A stretch of 64,000 bases of DNA from Savitreella phatthalungensis (lineage: Eukaryota). Shown in pieces: positions 40,730 to 51,942 of this stretch. Position 1 is the first letter of the stretch, and the number at the start of each line of letters is the position of its first letter. The translations under genes were made by a program, and so were the position numbers. Location of the stretch: positions 372,001 through 436,000 of the forward strand of contig AP039698.1 of NCBI GenBank assembly GCA_051599415.1. Reading direction: 5' to 3'. The notes below the pieces were generated by a model. That model was given only the letters and a program-made list of their open reading frames with translations, had not been told where the DNA came from and searched no databases.

Positions 40730-42964
40730 TCAACAGAATCTAAACGGGGTTGAAGCACGCTCGACCACCTGACCATCGTCATCAAGCTGGTCGCCTCGGA
40801 CTCTGAGCTTTCGTGTCTGACCATCGGCAGGGTAAGTCCATACGAGCGTTTGTGTTTCGGGATAGTGCTTTACAGCATGATCCTGGTCGCCCCGGGTGTT
40901 AGACGCATCCACCTCGCGAAGTCTTCCGAAATGGAGCTTAGGCAAGAAGCATATGGTCTCGACACGATCGCCAGCCCGCTTCGATGCCTCCACTGTGATC
41001 GTGAAGGTGCGTGACTTGATGTCAAAGTTGTGCTCGGTGCAGGAACCATCAACGAGGATGGGTGATGGCCGAACGACTGCCTCGACCGCACGAAGTCCTT
41101 CTTCTGAGAAGGCTGCAGCTGGAAAGTGACAACCCATCGAGATACTCTTCTCAGGCGTTAGTCGAGGTCGCTGGATCAGCGTGTCGGAGCTCTGACTCGG
41201 CGAACGATAGTCTCGGAGCTGTTGCGATGACACCGATGGTGAATAGCAGTCTGATCTAGACCATATACTGAGATCCTCCCCATTCCACCAATCCCCCCAT
41301 TTGTGCGTGTTGAGCGGCGAGTACTGCCACAACGTGAAGCTGACATTCGCGCCGTCCAGTGCATATAAGTTGGCATCGAGCGCTTGTTGCTGTGCAGAGT
41401 AGTCGCCCGAGGTGTAGGCTGCTTTCCGATCGAGGTCGTAAGGAATGCCGATCTCTGTGAAAAAGCATGGATATTCTCCCATATTGTCAAGTCCTTCCTG
41501 TCGCATTGCTTTCAACTGGTCGCGCAAACAGTTTCGAATCGCTCGCACACCGAGCTTGACGGCCAAATACTCGTGAGCGTACCGCCCGCGAAGCACGCCG
41601 AGCACGTCCACATTATACCATGTGTTCCAGTGTCGAGTGACAAGTGTGAGACCGTCGTAGAAATGGGGCGCATAGACGAGCTGCTTGTCTGCACGGTCCT
41701 CGGCTGTAAATACTGGAGGCACTTTGAGCACAGGAGGTTGGCAGAAGATGATGGCTTGTTCGTGATATTGTCGAACCACCTGTTTGTATCGGCGGAATGG
41801 TGGCATCCATAACCGATCAAGAAACCGAATCGTGTCAAAGGGGGCGCCATCGGATGGATCTTTCGCAAAGTAGTCGGGCCGCAGCAACTTCCGCCCGTCG
41901 TGGACGCCATGCTGCTGCCATATGCATGTGCCTAGCTGCCACTCATCACCTCGCACCCATCCGTATTTGAGGTCGACCGACTTATCGCTGAACCAGACGC
42001 TCACACCTTCGGGATCTACTATCCGGGAGTCAACTTTGTGCGGTCCCATGCTGCCAAACTCCCAGACCTCGACCTTCTGTGCAACGCCTGCAGCTAATAG
42101 TATTGCCTGGGACATCGTCGGACATGTGCCCTTGCGAAGTTTCTGCTCTTTAGGAATGATGCCGATGTTTTCGTGGCCCACTAACGCTGTAGCAGGCTCA
42201 TTGAGGGATTCCCAACCGATCACCACAGTATCCTCAAGCTCCGGTGCATCTTCGTGTATCCTCTTGACCACATGTGCAACAGCATTGAAGAAATGCTCGC
42301 GAAGAAATTGGCCGATGTTGACATCGTTGATGATGCACTTTGGTGCAAATACCTCACCAGCCCAGAAGAGAGTGAAGATGGTCGCTACAGCGGCTCTCTC
42401 GTAATTCGACGACCATATCATGGTTGGGTACATCTCGCGTGAGTCCTCGTCTCCTGGACCCCATGTGTTATGCACCATCGCTGCTTCCGTTGCTCCAAAG
42501 TTGTGGGGGTTCATGCCTGCCGCAAGCCAGGTCCAGTAGGGCGCGCCACTACCTCCGCTGTAGCGTGACCAGACATCCTGATGAGGATCCATGAGGACAT
42601 AGATGCCATGCTCGCCGCACTTCCGCAAGACAGCAATCACGTAGTCAATGTACTCGTCGTCATACTGACCAGGAGCTGCATGCTCGATAGCTTCCCATGT
42701 GAAGACAAATCTCACAATGTTGTATCCTAGAGAGGTGATCCGAGCAAGGTGGACGTCTGCCTCATCGAGCGGGAACGGTCGTCCTACAAAGGAGATCTTT
42801 TCATATTCCCAAAAGATGTCTCCGCCGACATGTGACGGGACATCTGGCTTTGTAGGGAACTTGGAGTCACCAGAAAGATTGATGCCACGGAGGTGAAGCT
42901 CTCTTCCGCTGGCTGTGTCGATGAAGTGAGTACCCTGTACGCGCACTGCAGGAATCCTTGACAT
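40730..42964 (-). CDS. GH5 endoglycoceramidase-related steryl-beta-glucosidase (Egh1/EGCrP2 type)
   Basis: ISFVGRPFPL, MDPHQDVWSRYSGGSGAP, WESLNEP acid/base, YAPHFYDG, FTEIGIPYD nucleophile, WGDWWNGEDLSIWS. Confidence 0.92.
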   Translation of the reverse strand: MSRIPAVRVQGTHFIDTASGRELHLRGINLSGDSKFPTKPDVPSHVGGDIFWEYEKISFVGRPFPLDEADVHLARITSLGYNIVRFVFTWEAIEHAAPGQYDDEYIDYVIAVLRKCGEHGIYVLMDPHQDVWSRYSGGSGAPYWTWLAAGMNPHNFGATEAAMVHNTWGPGDEDSREMYPTMIWSSNYERAAVATIFTLFWAGEVFAPKCIINDVNIGQFLREHFFNAVAHVVKRIHEDAPELEDTVVIGWESLNEPATALVGHENIGIIPKEQKLRKGTCPTMSQAILLAAGVAQKVEVWEFGSMGPHKVDSRIVDPEGVSVWFSDKSVDLKYGWVRGDEWQLGTCIWQQHGVHDGRKLLRPDYFAKDPSDGAPFDTIRFLDRLWMPPFRRYKQVVRQYHEQAIIFCQPPVLKVPPVFTAEDRADKQLVYAPHFYDGLTLVTRHWNTWYNVDVLGVLRGRYAHEYLAVKLGVRAIRNCLRDQLKAMRQEGLDNMGEYPCFFTEIGIPYDLDRKAAYTSGDYSAQQQALDANLYALDGANVSFTLWQYSPLNTHKWGDWWNGEDLSIWSRSDCYSPSVSSQQLRDYRSPSQSSDTLIQRPRLTPEKSISMGCHFPAAAFSEEGLRAVEAVVRPSPILVDGSCTEHNFDIKSRTFTITVEASKRAGDRVETICFLPKLHFGRLREVDASNTRGDQDHAVKHYPETQTLVWTYPADGQTRKLRVRGDQLDDDGQVVERASTPFRFC

Positions 42965-43321
42965 CTCAAGGACTCAGAGAATGCTTCAGCAGGTTGAACG
43001 GCCTTGCGATCTGCGTGATTGAGTGTGTTGTAGTCTGTCTAATGAAGCTGATGATGTCTCGTTCCACTTTAATTTTAGAGTAGAGTGACGTCGTTCGTGG
43101 ACGGAAGTGCCGGAAAGCAATTAACTTGCACGTGCATTTGAGGTATTACCATACACGTGTACATGACGTCTGGGTGGTTGTTGCAGGAGATCAGATCACA
43201 CTTCAGGTACATTAGTATATCACCATTCCAGCACATCCACCTACTATACCGTTATTTCCACATTAATAAGCGCTCTAGAGAAGCTGAAGACGGTCTGACA
43301 GGCGGTCTCATAGCTTCGACA

Positions 43322-45682
43322 ATGGCTTTGGAGCCTTCTAGAAAGCGAAAGCGGCCAGCAGAGAAGTCTGCGAAGCTCAAATGGCGCAGCTCGGACGTCT
43401 CCGCCCTGACTGGCTCGATGGAGGGCTTCCTGGGCTTGGAAGAAGTGGACGGTGTCGAGGTCGAGACTCAGGAATTCAACGGAATGAAGAGGTATAGCTT
43501 CAAGAAGGACCTGATCGATGACGGTGCTGTAGACCTCGATCAGCTCGAGTTCGATGCCGATTTTGTGGACGACCAGGAAGACGCACAAGAGTATGATATC
43601 CAGCATGAAGATGATGATGATGATGAGAGTGATGAGTTTCACGGTTTTCATGATGGTGATGAGGAGGGTACAAATGGCGGTGCTGCTCAAACAGTAGCTC
43701 AGGCCGTGAACACGATAGCACATCCAACACGCAATGCTTTTGGTCTGTTGGCCGAGGACGATGAGGACGAATCGCCCGTTCTAGCAGGCTGGGCTGACAT
43801 CGCTTTGCACGATAAGCTCTTGAAGGCGCTGTCGAAGCTGGAGTTCACAACGCCGACGGAGATACAACGGTTGGCTATCCCTGCTATGCTCGCTGGCGAG
43901 AACGTCATCGGCAAGGCCGCTACAGGATCTGGTAAGACACTAGCTTTTGGACTGCCAATCATCGAGGAGATTTTGGGGAATGAAATGTCGCGATCGAGTC
44001 GGTATGTCTCTGCGCTTGTCATGGCTCCAACGCGCGAGCTCGCGCAGCAGATCACCCAGCATCTGGAAAGTGTAGGCAAGTACGCTGGCATTAATGTCGT
44101 CAGTGTCACTGGTGGTCTATCGATCCAGAAGCAGCGCAGATTACTGCAGCGTCCAACAGACATCATCGTCGCGACACCAGGCCGATTGTGGGAGCTCATG
44201 CAGACTTCTGCGCAGGAGTCTGCCGGTGGTAAAGGTGAGCTTGACCTGCTTGACCGTCTATCGCACCTGCGATTCTTGGTTCTCGACGAGGCTGATCGTG
44301 TCTTACAGGAAGGCCATTTCAAAGAGGTGCGTCTGATCGTCGACAAACTACCTCCTTCCAAAGACCGACAGACATGCGTCTTTTCGGCAACCTTCAAGAA
44401 AGAACTACAGGGGCAACTGGCCCGTGGAAGATTTACCGCTGCCACCGACGTTGCAGAGAACGAAACGGAATCGATGGAATATCTGTTGCGGAAGCTGCGT
44501 TTCGGCAAAAATCCGAGGTTCTTCGATGCCGACCCCACGACATCAGTTGCTTCCAACGTTGCGCAAGGCATGGTCGAGTGCAGCTCTGCGATGGACAAAG
44601 ACTACCACCTGTACTACGTGCTGCTGCGGTATCCTTGCAGAGCGCTTGTTTTCACAAATTCAATCCAGGATGTGCAGCGTCTTACTGAGCTCTTGACCCT
44701 GCTCGAATTGCCAGCAATCGGGCTTCACGGGAATAAACAGCAGAAGTCTCGGCTGAAAGCGCTCGAACGTTTCCGTAATGCACCAAGAGGCATTCTCGTC
44801 GCGAGTGACATTGCTGCCCGCGGACTCGATATTCCCAGCGTCGACCTCGTCATCCACTACCACCTTCCGCGCTCGCCAGACTTGTATGTCCACAGAGCTG
44901 GCAGAACAGGCCGTGCGAGTGCGCGTGGTGTGAGTCTTGCTCTGTGCTCGCCACAGGAAAATGGGGCGCTTCGAAAGCTGGCTATCGCGCTCGGCTTGTC
45001 GCAAGATGGAGACGGCAGCAACAGTGGCAAGAAGTCACGCAAGCCACCGATGAAGGCGTTCCCAGAAGACCTGACGCATCTGTCCTCCTGCAAGCCCCGT
45101 GTCAATCTCGCTCGCAAGGTCTTGTCACTGCAGAAACAGCAAGGCAAACTTCAGCGGGATCTCGAACTCGTTGGTGGTTATAAGAAGGATGTCGTGACTC
45201 CCGCCAATAAGCAAGACAAGTCGCAGCAGAAGAAGAATAAGACTGGTGGAAAGAATGCTTGGCTTGCCGAAGCTGCTGACGATTTGGGATTGAATCTGTC
45301 GGACATTGATTCTGACAAGGAGGATGGTCTGGATGACGACGATGATGACAACAGCAGTCGGCGGGCGAAGAAGCAGAAGCAGAAACGCCAAAACGACAGT
45401 GTCCGCGGGGATGGCGCCTCCACGGCAGCCAACACGCGCGAGGCGAGGAAGCGCATGCAGGGTGAACTGGCAGCCCTGCGAGTGGAGCTGAAGGATCTAG
45501 TCAACAAACCGATCAGGACCGGCTTCTCGACGCGGTACGCAACAAAGGGCAGCGACAACGTCGCTCACAGACTCGTCATCGCTCAACTAGAAGCTGAAGG
45601 CGGGTCGGTCACGTCCTCGGTCAACGACAGATTCATTGGCGCAAGCGCCAGATCCGCACTGGAAGCCCTCCTGAACGAGTAA
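43322..45682 (+). CDS. MAK5: DEAD-box RNA helicase Mak5/DDX24
   Basis: GFLGLEEVDGV N-terminal motif, AATGSGKTLAFGLPI, PTRELA, TPGRLW, DEAD, FSAT, YVHRAGRTGRA; start MALEP at 43322. Confidence 0.93.
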   Translation: MALEPSRKRKRPAEKSAKLKWRSSDVSALTGSMEGFLGLEEVDGVEVETQEFNGMKRYSFKKDLIDDGAVDLDQLEFDADFVDDQEDAQEYDIQHEDDDDDESDEFHGFHDGDEEGTNGGAAQTVAQAVNTIAHPTRNAFGLLAEDDEDESPVLAGWADIALHDKLLKALSKLEFTTPTEIQRLAIPAMLAGENVIGKAATGSGKTLAFGLPIIEEILGNEMSRSSRYVSALVMAPTRELAQQITQHLESVGKYAGINVVSVTGGLSIQKQRRLLQRPTDIIVATPGRLWELMQTSAQESAGGKGELDLLDRLSHLRFLVLDEADRVLQEGHFKEVRLIVDKLPPSKDRQTCVFSATFKKELQGQLARGRFTAATDVAENETESMEYLLRKLRFGKNPRFFDADPTTSVASNVAQGMVECSSAMDKDYHLYYVLLRYPCRALVFTNSIQDVQRLTELLTLLELPAIGLHGNKQQKSRLKALERFRNAPRGILVASDIAARGLDIPSVDLVIHYHLPRSPDLYVHRAGRTGRASARGVSLALCSPQENGALRKLAIALGLSQDGDGSNSGKKSRKPPMKAFPEDLTHLSSCKPRVNLARKVLSLQKQQGKLQRDLELVGGYKKDVVTPANKQDKSQQKKNKTGGKNAWLAEAADDLGLNLSDIDSDKEDGLDDDDDDNSSRRAKKQKQKRQNDSVRGDGASTAANTREARKRMQGELAALRVELKDLVNKPIRTGFSTRYATKGSDNVAHRLVIAQLEAEGGSVTSSVNDRFIGASARSALEALLNE

Positions 45683-45743
45683 GGAATAGCACGTAGTTGA
45701 TGGTCATTATGGGGCATGTATGCGTGAGTGTGAGCAGCTCGAA

Positions 45744-46490
45744 TCAGCGTGCATCGAGGCGTGCGCGGATAGCTTTCCACTTGGCGATCGTGGCGCTGCG
45801 TTTGAGAGTGCGGTAGGTCTTAGCTTCAGTGATCTTGACTTCGTCTCGCCATGATGCTCCGCGGGTGCTCGGACGCCAGCCACCCTTGCGGAAGAGCGCA
45901 TCGAGCGTTTGATCTTTCGTCCACCCTTGCTCCTCTGCCACCTCCGGCAGAAACGTAGCGCTCAACCCACGCCTTCCACCAACAACATCGTACGAGATCT
46001 GGAGACCGTGTCTCCCAATCTCCCAGCCATCGTACGGCGCAGCCAGCGGTGTGAAATCCGCTAGCACAGAAACACTGCACTGCATGGAGGTGCGTGAAGG
46101 CGTGTCGAAGATATCGTCGGTGGTCGAGGTGGCGCGATCGAGTTCAGCAGCGGAGATAGGGTTGAAGCGTGTATCGTCGACACCGGCAATCACAGCGTAC
46201 CGCTCGATCTGCTTACGCAGTGGCGACGTCGCAGCGAACGTGCCGATACACCCGCGCAGCTGTTTGCCGCTGTCGTCATCAGCGTCCGGATCGGTGTGGG
46301 GGTTGGGAGAGCGCTCGAGGGTGTTCCATGTGACGAAGATCGCAGCTGGCGCATCGTCCTCAGGCTCGTCAGATGTCGGAGTGATGTCAGGTCCAGCAGC
46401 AGCACGGAGGTCTTCGAGCGAGTACCGTGGACGCCGGCTGAGATGAGCGTATAGGGATTCCCAAGCGTACAGCGCGTGCACTTCAGACAT
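45744..46490 (-). CDS. AMMECR1-domain protein
   Basis: IFVTWN, LRGCIGTF, DTRFNPI, WEIGRHGL, ATFLPEVAEEQGW; first plausible ATG at 46490 (MSEVHA). Confidence 0.92.
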   Translation of the reverse strand: MSEVHALYAWESLYAHLSRRPRYSLEDLRAAAGPDITPTSDEPEDDAPAAIFVTWNTLERSPNPHTDPDADDDSGKQLRGCIGTFAATSPLRKQIERYAVIAGVDDTRFNPISAAELDRATSTTDDIFDTPSRTSMQCSVSVLADFTPLAAPYDGWEIGRHGLQISYDVVGGRRGLSATFLPEVAEEQGWTKDQTLDALFRKGGWRPSTRGASWRDEVKITEAKTYRTLKRSATIAKWKAIRARLDAR

Positions 46491-47627
46491 CCTTTTCCGG
46501 GCGACGCGTATCAACAGTGCAAGAGGGAATGACGCTTGAAGTGCAAGTTTGCAGGTTCGTGCGCTTCTAGCAACACTGAGGACGACCGTAGAGTGGATGT
46601 GACTGTGAAACTGTAGGTGGTATGGTGATGTATTCAGTGCATGGACATGTGACGAGTGATCACACATCTGCACCTGATATGCGGAATTTGATCGGCTCAG
46701 ATAGATTTTCCACATAGCAGCAGCATGAACGATCGATAAAACCCTCAGCTGCCTTTGATGCAATCAATGCACGTCCCCAAAAGAGCTTCAAGATCAGGCA
46801 CTTCAAGTCAGGGTTCCAGGAGTGAATACCACTGGTAAGTTGATGGTTGATTGCATCGATTGATGATGTACGTGAGTGGATGTATCATGGGAAGCGTCAC
46901 TCATACAAGTTCAGTAGATCGGCTAGGTGACGAGAGTGATTAGTGGATAGGCGCCATCTGCACATTTTGCATGTGTGCGGAGCGGCAACAGCGCGAGTAA
47001 GTATCTCGAAGTGATGCCGCCAATGGAAAGGCCACTTCGAGGTGTGGTCGGAGGTGGTTCCCGTATTCCGCAGAAGTCAAGATTCAAGGGGAGCACGCAA
47101 AGGAGTGTGTGAACATAACGCCACTTTTGACTCAACAACGCTCCACGGCGCTTGGCCTCGACGAAGACTTAGACTTAGACTTCTTTTGGCTTGCGAGAGC
47201 CAAGACGACGCGTGCAGTAGTCAAAAGGGACAAGATCGAGACAAAAAAAGAGAGAAAGAACAAAAAGGACTACGAGGTGGCGATAGAAACAGTGAAGTGG
47301 CGACCGCGATAGCCAGGACAAGATTGTGTGGAGCTCTCATGCAAGAGTCATTCCTCAGAGCCAGAGCCAAAGCGAATTGGCCCCACCGCAAGTTCAAAAG
47401 TGAGAACGACGTGGTTACCGTTGGAAGAAGCAGCAGATGGCCGAGTCTGGCAGGTCTAGATCGCGTAGATAGTTGTCGTGCTTGCACAGATATAAGGGCG
47501 AACGTTCGTGCGACATACACAGCACATGTGCATGGGCGTTGCGAGCCTTTGTCAGACAAAGGGAACTCATCAAAGGCCGAGGAATGTCAGGATGGAGAAG
47601 GGCAAAAAAGCACGAGCAACACGCGCC

Positions 47628-49358
47628 TCACTTTCCTGCCTGTTGTTGCTGGCTCTGGTAGAGCTGCCAGGCCTTGACGTAGTTGTCGTATCCGCCATAT
47701 GCCGCGTACGGGTCAGCTGCTGCGCCGGTAGCACCCGTGGCAGATTGGCCTCCGGCGGCACCACCAGCGGCCCCGTAGGAGTTTCCTGCACCTCCGCCCG
47801 TCGGATATGCGTTGGCAGAGGTGGCAGGCGCGCCGCCATAGCCGCTGGCAGGAGGTCGGCCAGAACGTCCTTCTGCCTGGTCGACCTTGTCGTTGATGAG
47901 CTGCCTCGCGCGCGAGATTGTGGCGTCAGTGCCCGTGAGTGTGATCTCGCGCATGTCGGAGTGCTGGTTGGTGGAGACTTTGATAAGACAGCCAGATGCG
48001 TCCTGCATGTCTCGTACCGTCTCGCCGCCCTTGCCGATGATCATGCCGACGGCGTCCTGCGGCACGCGAACAGTCTCCTGTCTCGAACCTGCGCCCAGCG
48101 CTTCAGGCGGACCGCGACGCGAGATCGGAATGCCAGCCTCGTCGTCTGCGACAATCTGGAAAATCAGGCGTTTTGCCTCTTCCATTGCTTGTGGAGTACC
48201 GACCAAGTTGATGGGACGCATGCCATTCACAGACTCACGCTCAGGGACAATGTTGATTTTTGCGTGTGATTTGTTTTGCAGATCCTTGACATTCTCACCG
48301 CCGCGGCCGATGATGAGTCCGACAGTTTTGTCGGGCACCTGGATCTGAGACTGTTCCTCACCCGCTGCTGGAGCGGCAGGTCCTGGCTGCGGAGGTCCGC
48401 GGTCGTAGGATGGCATCGCTGGCGCTGCATTGTAGCCAAGATGAGCGGGAGGTGCTCCGTACGAGCTCGGAGGAGGCTGAGACATGCGCTGATATCCGCT
48501 TCGAGCCTGATGTCTGGCTCCTGGTAGAGGTCCCTTCAGTGCGATGTTGTCGTCGACAACCTCGTCAATCATACGACGAGCGATCTCGCACTGACGACGC
48601 GTGCCCACGAGGTTGCATGCACGTTCACCTGGGCGAGTCTGATTCTCAGGCACGAACTGAACACGGCAGCCAGAAGTCTGTTCAATTCGACGAAGTGTTT
48701 CTCCCCTCTTGCCAATGATCAGGCCGACGTAGCCCTGATCGATCATCATGGTGTCGGTGGTGCGCTCATCCATGCCTGGTCCGGCAGAAGGTACAGGCGG
48801 TGGTGCTCCATAGGAACCATAGCTGCCGGCTCGTCGTCCAGGAGAGCGAGACCGGCTGCGGCGTGGGTCTCTCCGGCTGTAAGGATCTTCATAGCCGGCA
48901 CCCGGTGGAGCACCGTAGCCTGCTGGTCCCCGATCGTCACGTCGGGCAGCATATGGGTCTGCGTAGCGATCGACAGACTGTCTAGCGTACGGGTCACGTC
49001 TGTCCCGATCGTCATAGGGGTTTGCCCGTGGCGCGCTGCCATAGGATCCGTAGCCTGTGGGTGCTGGTGGTGCTGGTGCTGGAGGGTAGCTTGGAATTGG
49101 TGGTGGAGGAGGGTATGATGAGGATGAGGAGGCAGTTGGAAGTGCTGGCGGTTCTGATGCACGGATCTGTTGTGGGACAGGGGGTGGCTGTAACGAGGAT
49201 GCAGAGGAAGCTGCAACTGGTACCGGAGGTGCACTGCCAGGCGCGTTATTGTTGTTGTTGCTGTTGACAGCCGGTGATTGTGCGGAATTGTTTGACTGGT
49301 TGAGGTTCTTTGTGATGGAGGCGAGCAATGCCGCGACTGAGTTTGAGTCTCCAGACAT
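47628..49358 (-). CDS. KH-domain RNA-binding protein (FUBP/KSRP-like, three KH domains)
   Basis: VGLIIGKRGE, VGLIIGRGGE, VGMIIGKGGE GxxG loops; RSRSRSP; C-terminal DPYAAYGGYDNYVKAW; start MSGDS at 49358. Confidence 0.9.
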   Translation of the reverse strand: MSGDSNSVAALLASITKNLNQSNNSAQSPAVNSNNNNNAPGSAPPVPVAASSASSLQPPPVPQQIRASEPPALPTASSSSSYPPPPPIPSYPPAPAPPAPTGYGSYGSAPRANPYDDRDRRDPYARQSVDRYADPYAARRDDRGPAGYGAPPGAGYEDPYSRRDPRRSRSRSPGRRAGSYGSYGAPPPVPSAGPGMDERTTDTMMIDQGYVGLIIGKRGETLRRIEQTSGCRVQFVPENQTRPGERACNLVGTRRQCEIARRMIDEVVDDNIALKGPLPGARHQARSGYQRMSQPPPSSYGAPPAHLGYNAAPAMPSYDRGPPQPGPAAPAAGEEQSQIQVPDKTVGLIIGRGGENVKDLQNKSHAKINIVPERESVNGMRPINLVGTPQAMEEAKRLIFQIVADDEAGIPISRRGPPEALGAGSRQETVRVPQDAVGMIIGKGGETVRDMQDASGCLIKVSTNQHSDMREITLTGTDATISRARQLINDKVDQAEGRSGRPPASGYGGAPATSANAYPTGGGAGNSYGAAGGAAGGQSATGATGAAADPYAAYGGYDNYVKAWQLYQSQQQQAGK

Positions 49359-49890
49359 GACTTTCGGATGAAGAGGAAGTCCGTCTAGTCTTATCAACAG
49401 TTATGAGAGTTTGAATCCTCCTTGACAGAACAGCAGCGTGGAATCCAGGAAGAGAGAATGGGAGGATATAGATCCTTGTAGGCGAGATGAAGGAGATCCA
49501 CCTACCACTATGGGTGTATGGGTATAAGAAGGAGGAACCTAACACTTTGGAGAGCGTCGTCGCTCTTTTCACTCATTAGCTTCGAATCATGTTCAAAAAT
49601 TGCATGTCTGCTGAGCCATTAGTATTTAGTGACTTGTTACCCAGAAGCTAATTCGATTCTTGAAAATCAACGACTTTATTATAAGCATTCCAGTATTTCT
49701 TCTAATGAACTCTCATTTTGTCATTAAAATTGTTAACAATTTGCATATATTCTGATCAAAACTTGTGCAATTGCATCTGCTCCACATAAAAAAGAGTTCG
49801 AACATTTCAGATATCTTGCACGGGTTCAGATTCCACTCGATCATCATGCACAGCAAGCAGAGGAAAAGAAAGAAGATTAGTCCAGTGTCT

Positions 49891-49963
49891 AGAGTCAAGG
49901 GTCAAGAGAAAGAGAGTGAAGAGTCAAGAGTCAAGGTTTTAAGAGTCAAGAGAAAGAGAGTGA
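49891..49963. repeat. Direct repeats of AGAGTCAAG (TGACTC on the minus strand) in a divergent promoter
   Basis: GAGTCA at 49892, 49921, 49928, 49943; 19-nt duplication gtcaagagaaagagagtga at 49901 and 49945. Confidence 0.8.
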
Positions 49964-50208
49964 GTCGCCAAGCACTTTCCTGAGACCACTCTCTCTGTCC
50001 GCATTCGCTTGCTAGGCAGTATAGAAGAGTACAGTCGCTCTCTACCTGAACTCTCCTGCCACCCTCTACACGAACAACCCTATCAGAGGAAAGTGCAGTC
50101 TTTTGTCGAACGGGAAAAGTGCAAATCGGTCAGCTTGTGCTCCAGACATAGACCGAACTCGCAATCACGCACCTGGATATCGTTTCTTCATAGCCACCTT
50201 TGTCCATC

Positions 50209-51315
50209 ATGGCCACACTTGCTCGGAGATCCTTGCATTCATGCCGCAGGCTGCTTGCATCAGCACAGTCCACGCCTCCCCATCATCCCTCAAGGGATTC
50301 ACAGCCAGCTACAGTAGCTACTGCAACGCTTGAAAGGCCGGAGGATGTCTTTCCCAGCTTAGCGCAGGATCCACCTTCTCACTCACAATCACACTCGCAG
50401 TCACAGTCCCATTCAGACCAAACCACATCATCCACCTCACAAGCAACTCAGACAACGCGCAGTACAATCACCACGATCTCACCCCTTTCTGACGTCGATC
50501 TCGTCACCAGGCGGAACAAGTACAACAACTATCTGACGCAATTCGGCAGCACTGTCGCACCCCACTACTCACATAGAGATCTCCTCTTTCATCCTCCGGA
50601 TGTCAAACAGGTCGGCATCGAAGCTCTCCTTGCAGCAGAAGCACACATGGGCCACTCCCCGTCACTCTGGAATCCTATCACACAGCCATATCTGTACGGC
50701 ATTCGCGGCGGCATTCACATTATTGACCTCGATGTAACTCTTTCTCATCTTGCACGAGCAGCAGAAGTCGTTCAAGGCGTTGCTTTAAACGATGGAAATA
50801 TTCTGTTCGTCGGCACAAGGCCAGGACAGAAGCGCGCGGTGGTGGAGGCTGCAAAGAAGGCACACGCTTACCACGTCTTTGACCGCTGGGTACCTGGAAC
50901 CATCACCAACGGCGCCCAAGTCGTCGGACACGGACGTGTGCGCCAGATGGGTGTCAAGCACAAGAACAACGTGCGCCAGCTCCGCACTGGAGATGCTCTT
51001 CCACAGGCAGTCACACCAGACCTCGTCATCGTCCTCAACCCGCTCGAGAACAGAAACCTGATCCGTGAATGTGCAAAGGCGAGAGTACCAACGATTGGCA
51101 TCATCGATACGGACGCAGATCCTCGATGGGTCACATACGCCATCCCTGCGAATGATGACTCCCTTAGGACAGCAACTCTGATTGCAGGAGTACTTGCAAG
51201 GGCAGCAGAGCAGGGCAGGAAATTGTTGCTGAGCGGCGAAGGTGGCGCAGAAGGTGACTGGGTTCAGGAAGAGGTCCTTCCACAAACGCAAGAGCAAGAC
51301 AGGTCATCGGCATAG
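50209..51315 (+). CDS. MRP4: Mitochondrial ribosomal protein uS2m
   Basis: LLAAEAHMGH..WNP..YLYGIRGGIHIIDL, ILFVGTR, RWVPGTITN, PTIGIIDTDADP..VTYAIPANDDS; presequence MATLARRSL. Confidence 0.95.
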   Translation: MATLARRSLHSCRRLLASAQSTPPHHPSRDSQPATVATATLERPEDVFPSLAQDPPSHSQSHSQSQSHSDQTTSSTSQATQTTRSTITTISPLSDVDLVTRRNKYNNYLTQFGSTVAPHYSHRDLLFHPPDVKQVGIEALLAAEAHMGHSPSLWNPITQPYLYGIRGGIHIIDLDVTLSHLARAAEVVQGVALNDGNILFVGTRPGQKRAVVEAAKKAHAYHVFDRWVPGTITNGAQVVGHGRVRQMGVKHKNNVRQLRTGDALPQAVTPDLVIVLNPLENRNLIRECAKARVPTIGIIDTDADPRWVTYAIPANDDSLRTATLIAGVLARAAEQGRKLLLSGEGGAEGDWVQEEVLPQTQEQDRSSA

Positions 51316-51942
51316 AAAGGCCAGACAGGTCACTGAGAAGGCCGAACCAGTTGTCATACTCATCTGTCTCTACATACATCGTTAATCCCTGCCTTCTCAT
51401 CACTCCAACATCACTCCAACAACACCGGCATAGTCATCATTAGCATAAATCTTTCACTTAGCATACTATTGCATAGCGTCCAAGAATCTCCTGGCCTCAG
51501 GATCCATGCCTTATCACCCTAATCAGGAACCAGGAACGCACTTGATATGAATGACATTAACTACCAGCTCACGTTGCCTGCAACTGCATGGCGTATCCGG
51601 GCACGCACAGACAGCGTGGCCGTAATCGTAGTGATGTGTGTGTAGAGGTTGAGAAATACTTTGACTCACATGGAAGTCCCAAGGCTCCACTCCATCCACT
51701 GTTGAATTTGGATGCAGGCCTGAGTGCAGTCAGGCAGAAAATAAATATTTTCATAAAGTCACGCGAGAAGAACAAGGACAAGGGTTGAGCAAGCTCGTAC
51801 GTACCCTGTAAATCGCCAGAAGGAAAGCTTTGCTATCTATTGCTTCGACGCGCATCAACTATCGACTTCCTGTGCTGTGCTCAACACTTCCTGCTTTCTT
51901 CTGCCAGAGTCTTGGCTTTCTAGGTCCCAGAGTCAGCCTTCG

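Noticed and set aside
47042..48348. Plus-strand ORFs of 211, 253 and 153 aa
   Set aside because: Antisense shadows of the KH gene and its 3' region, non-ATG starts, no domains
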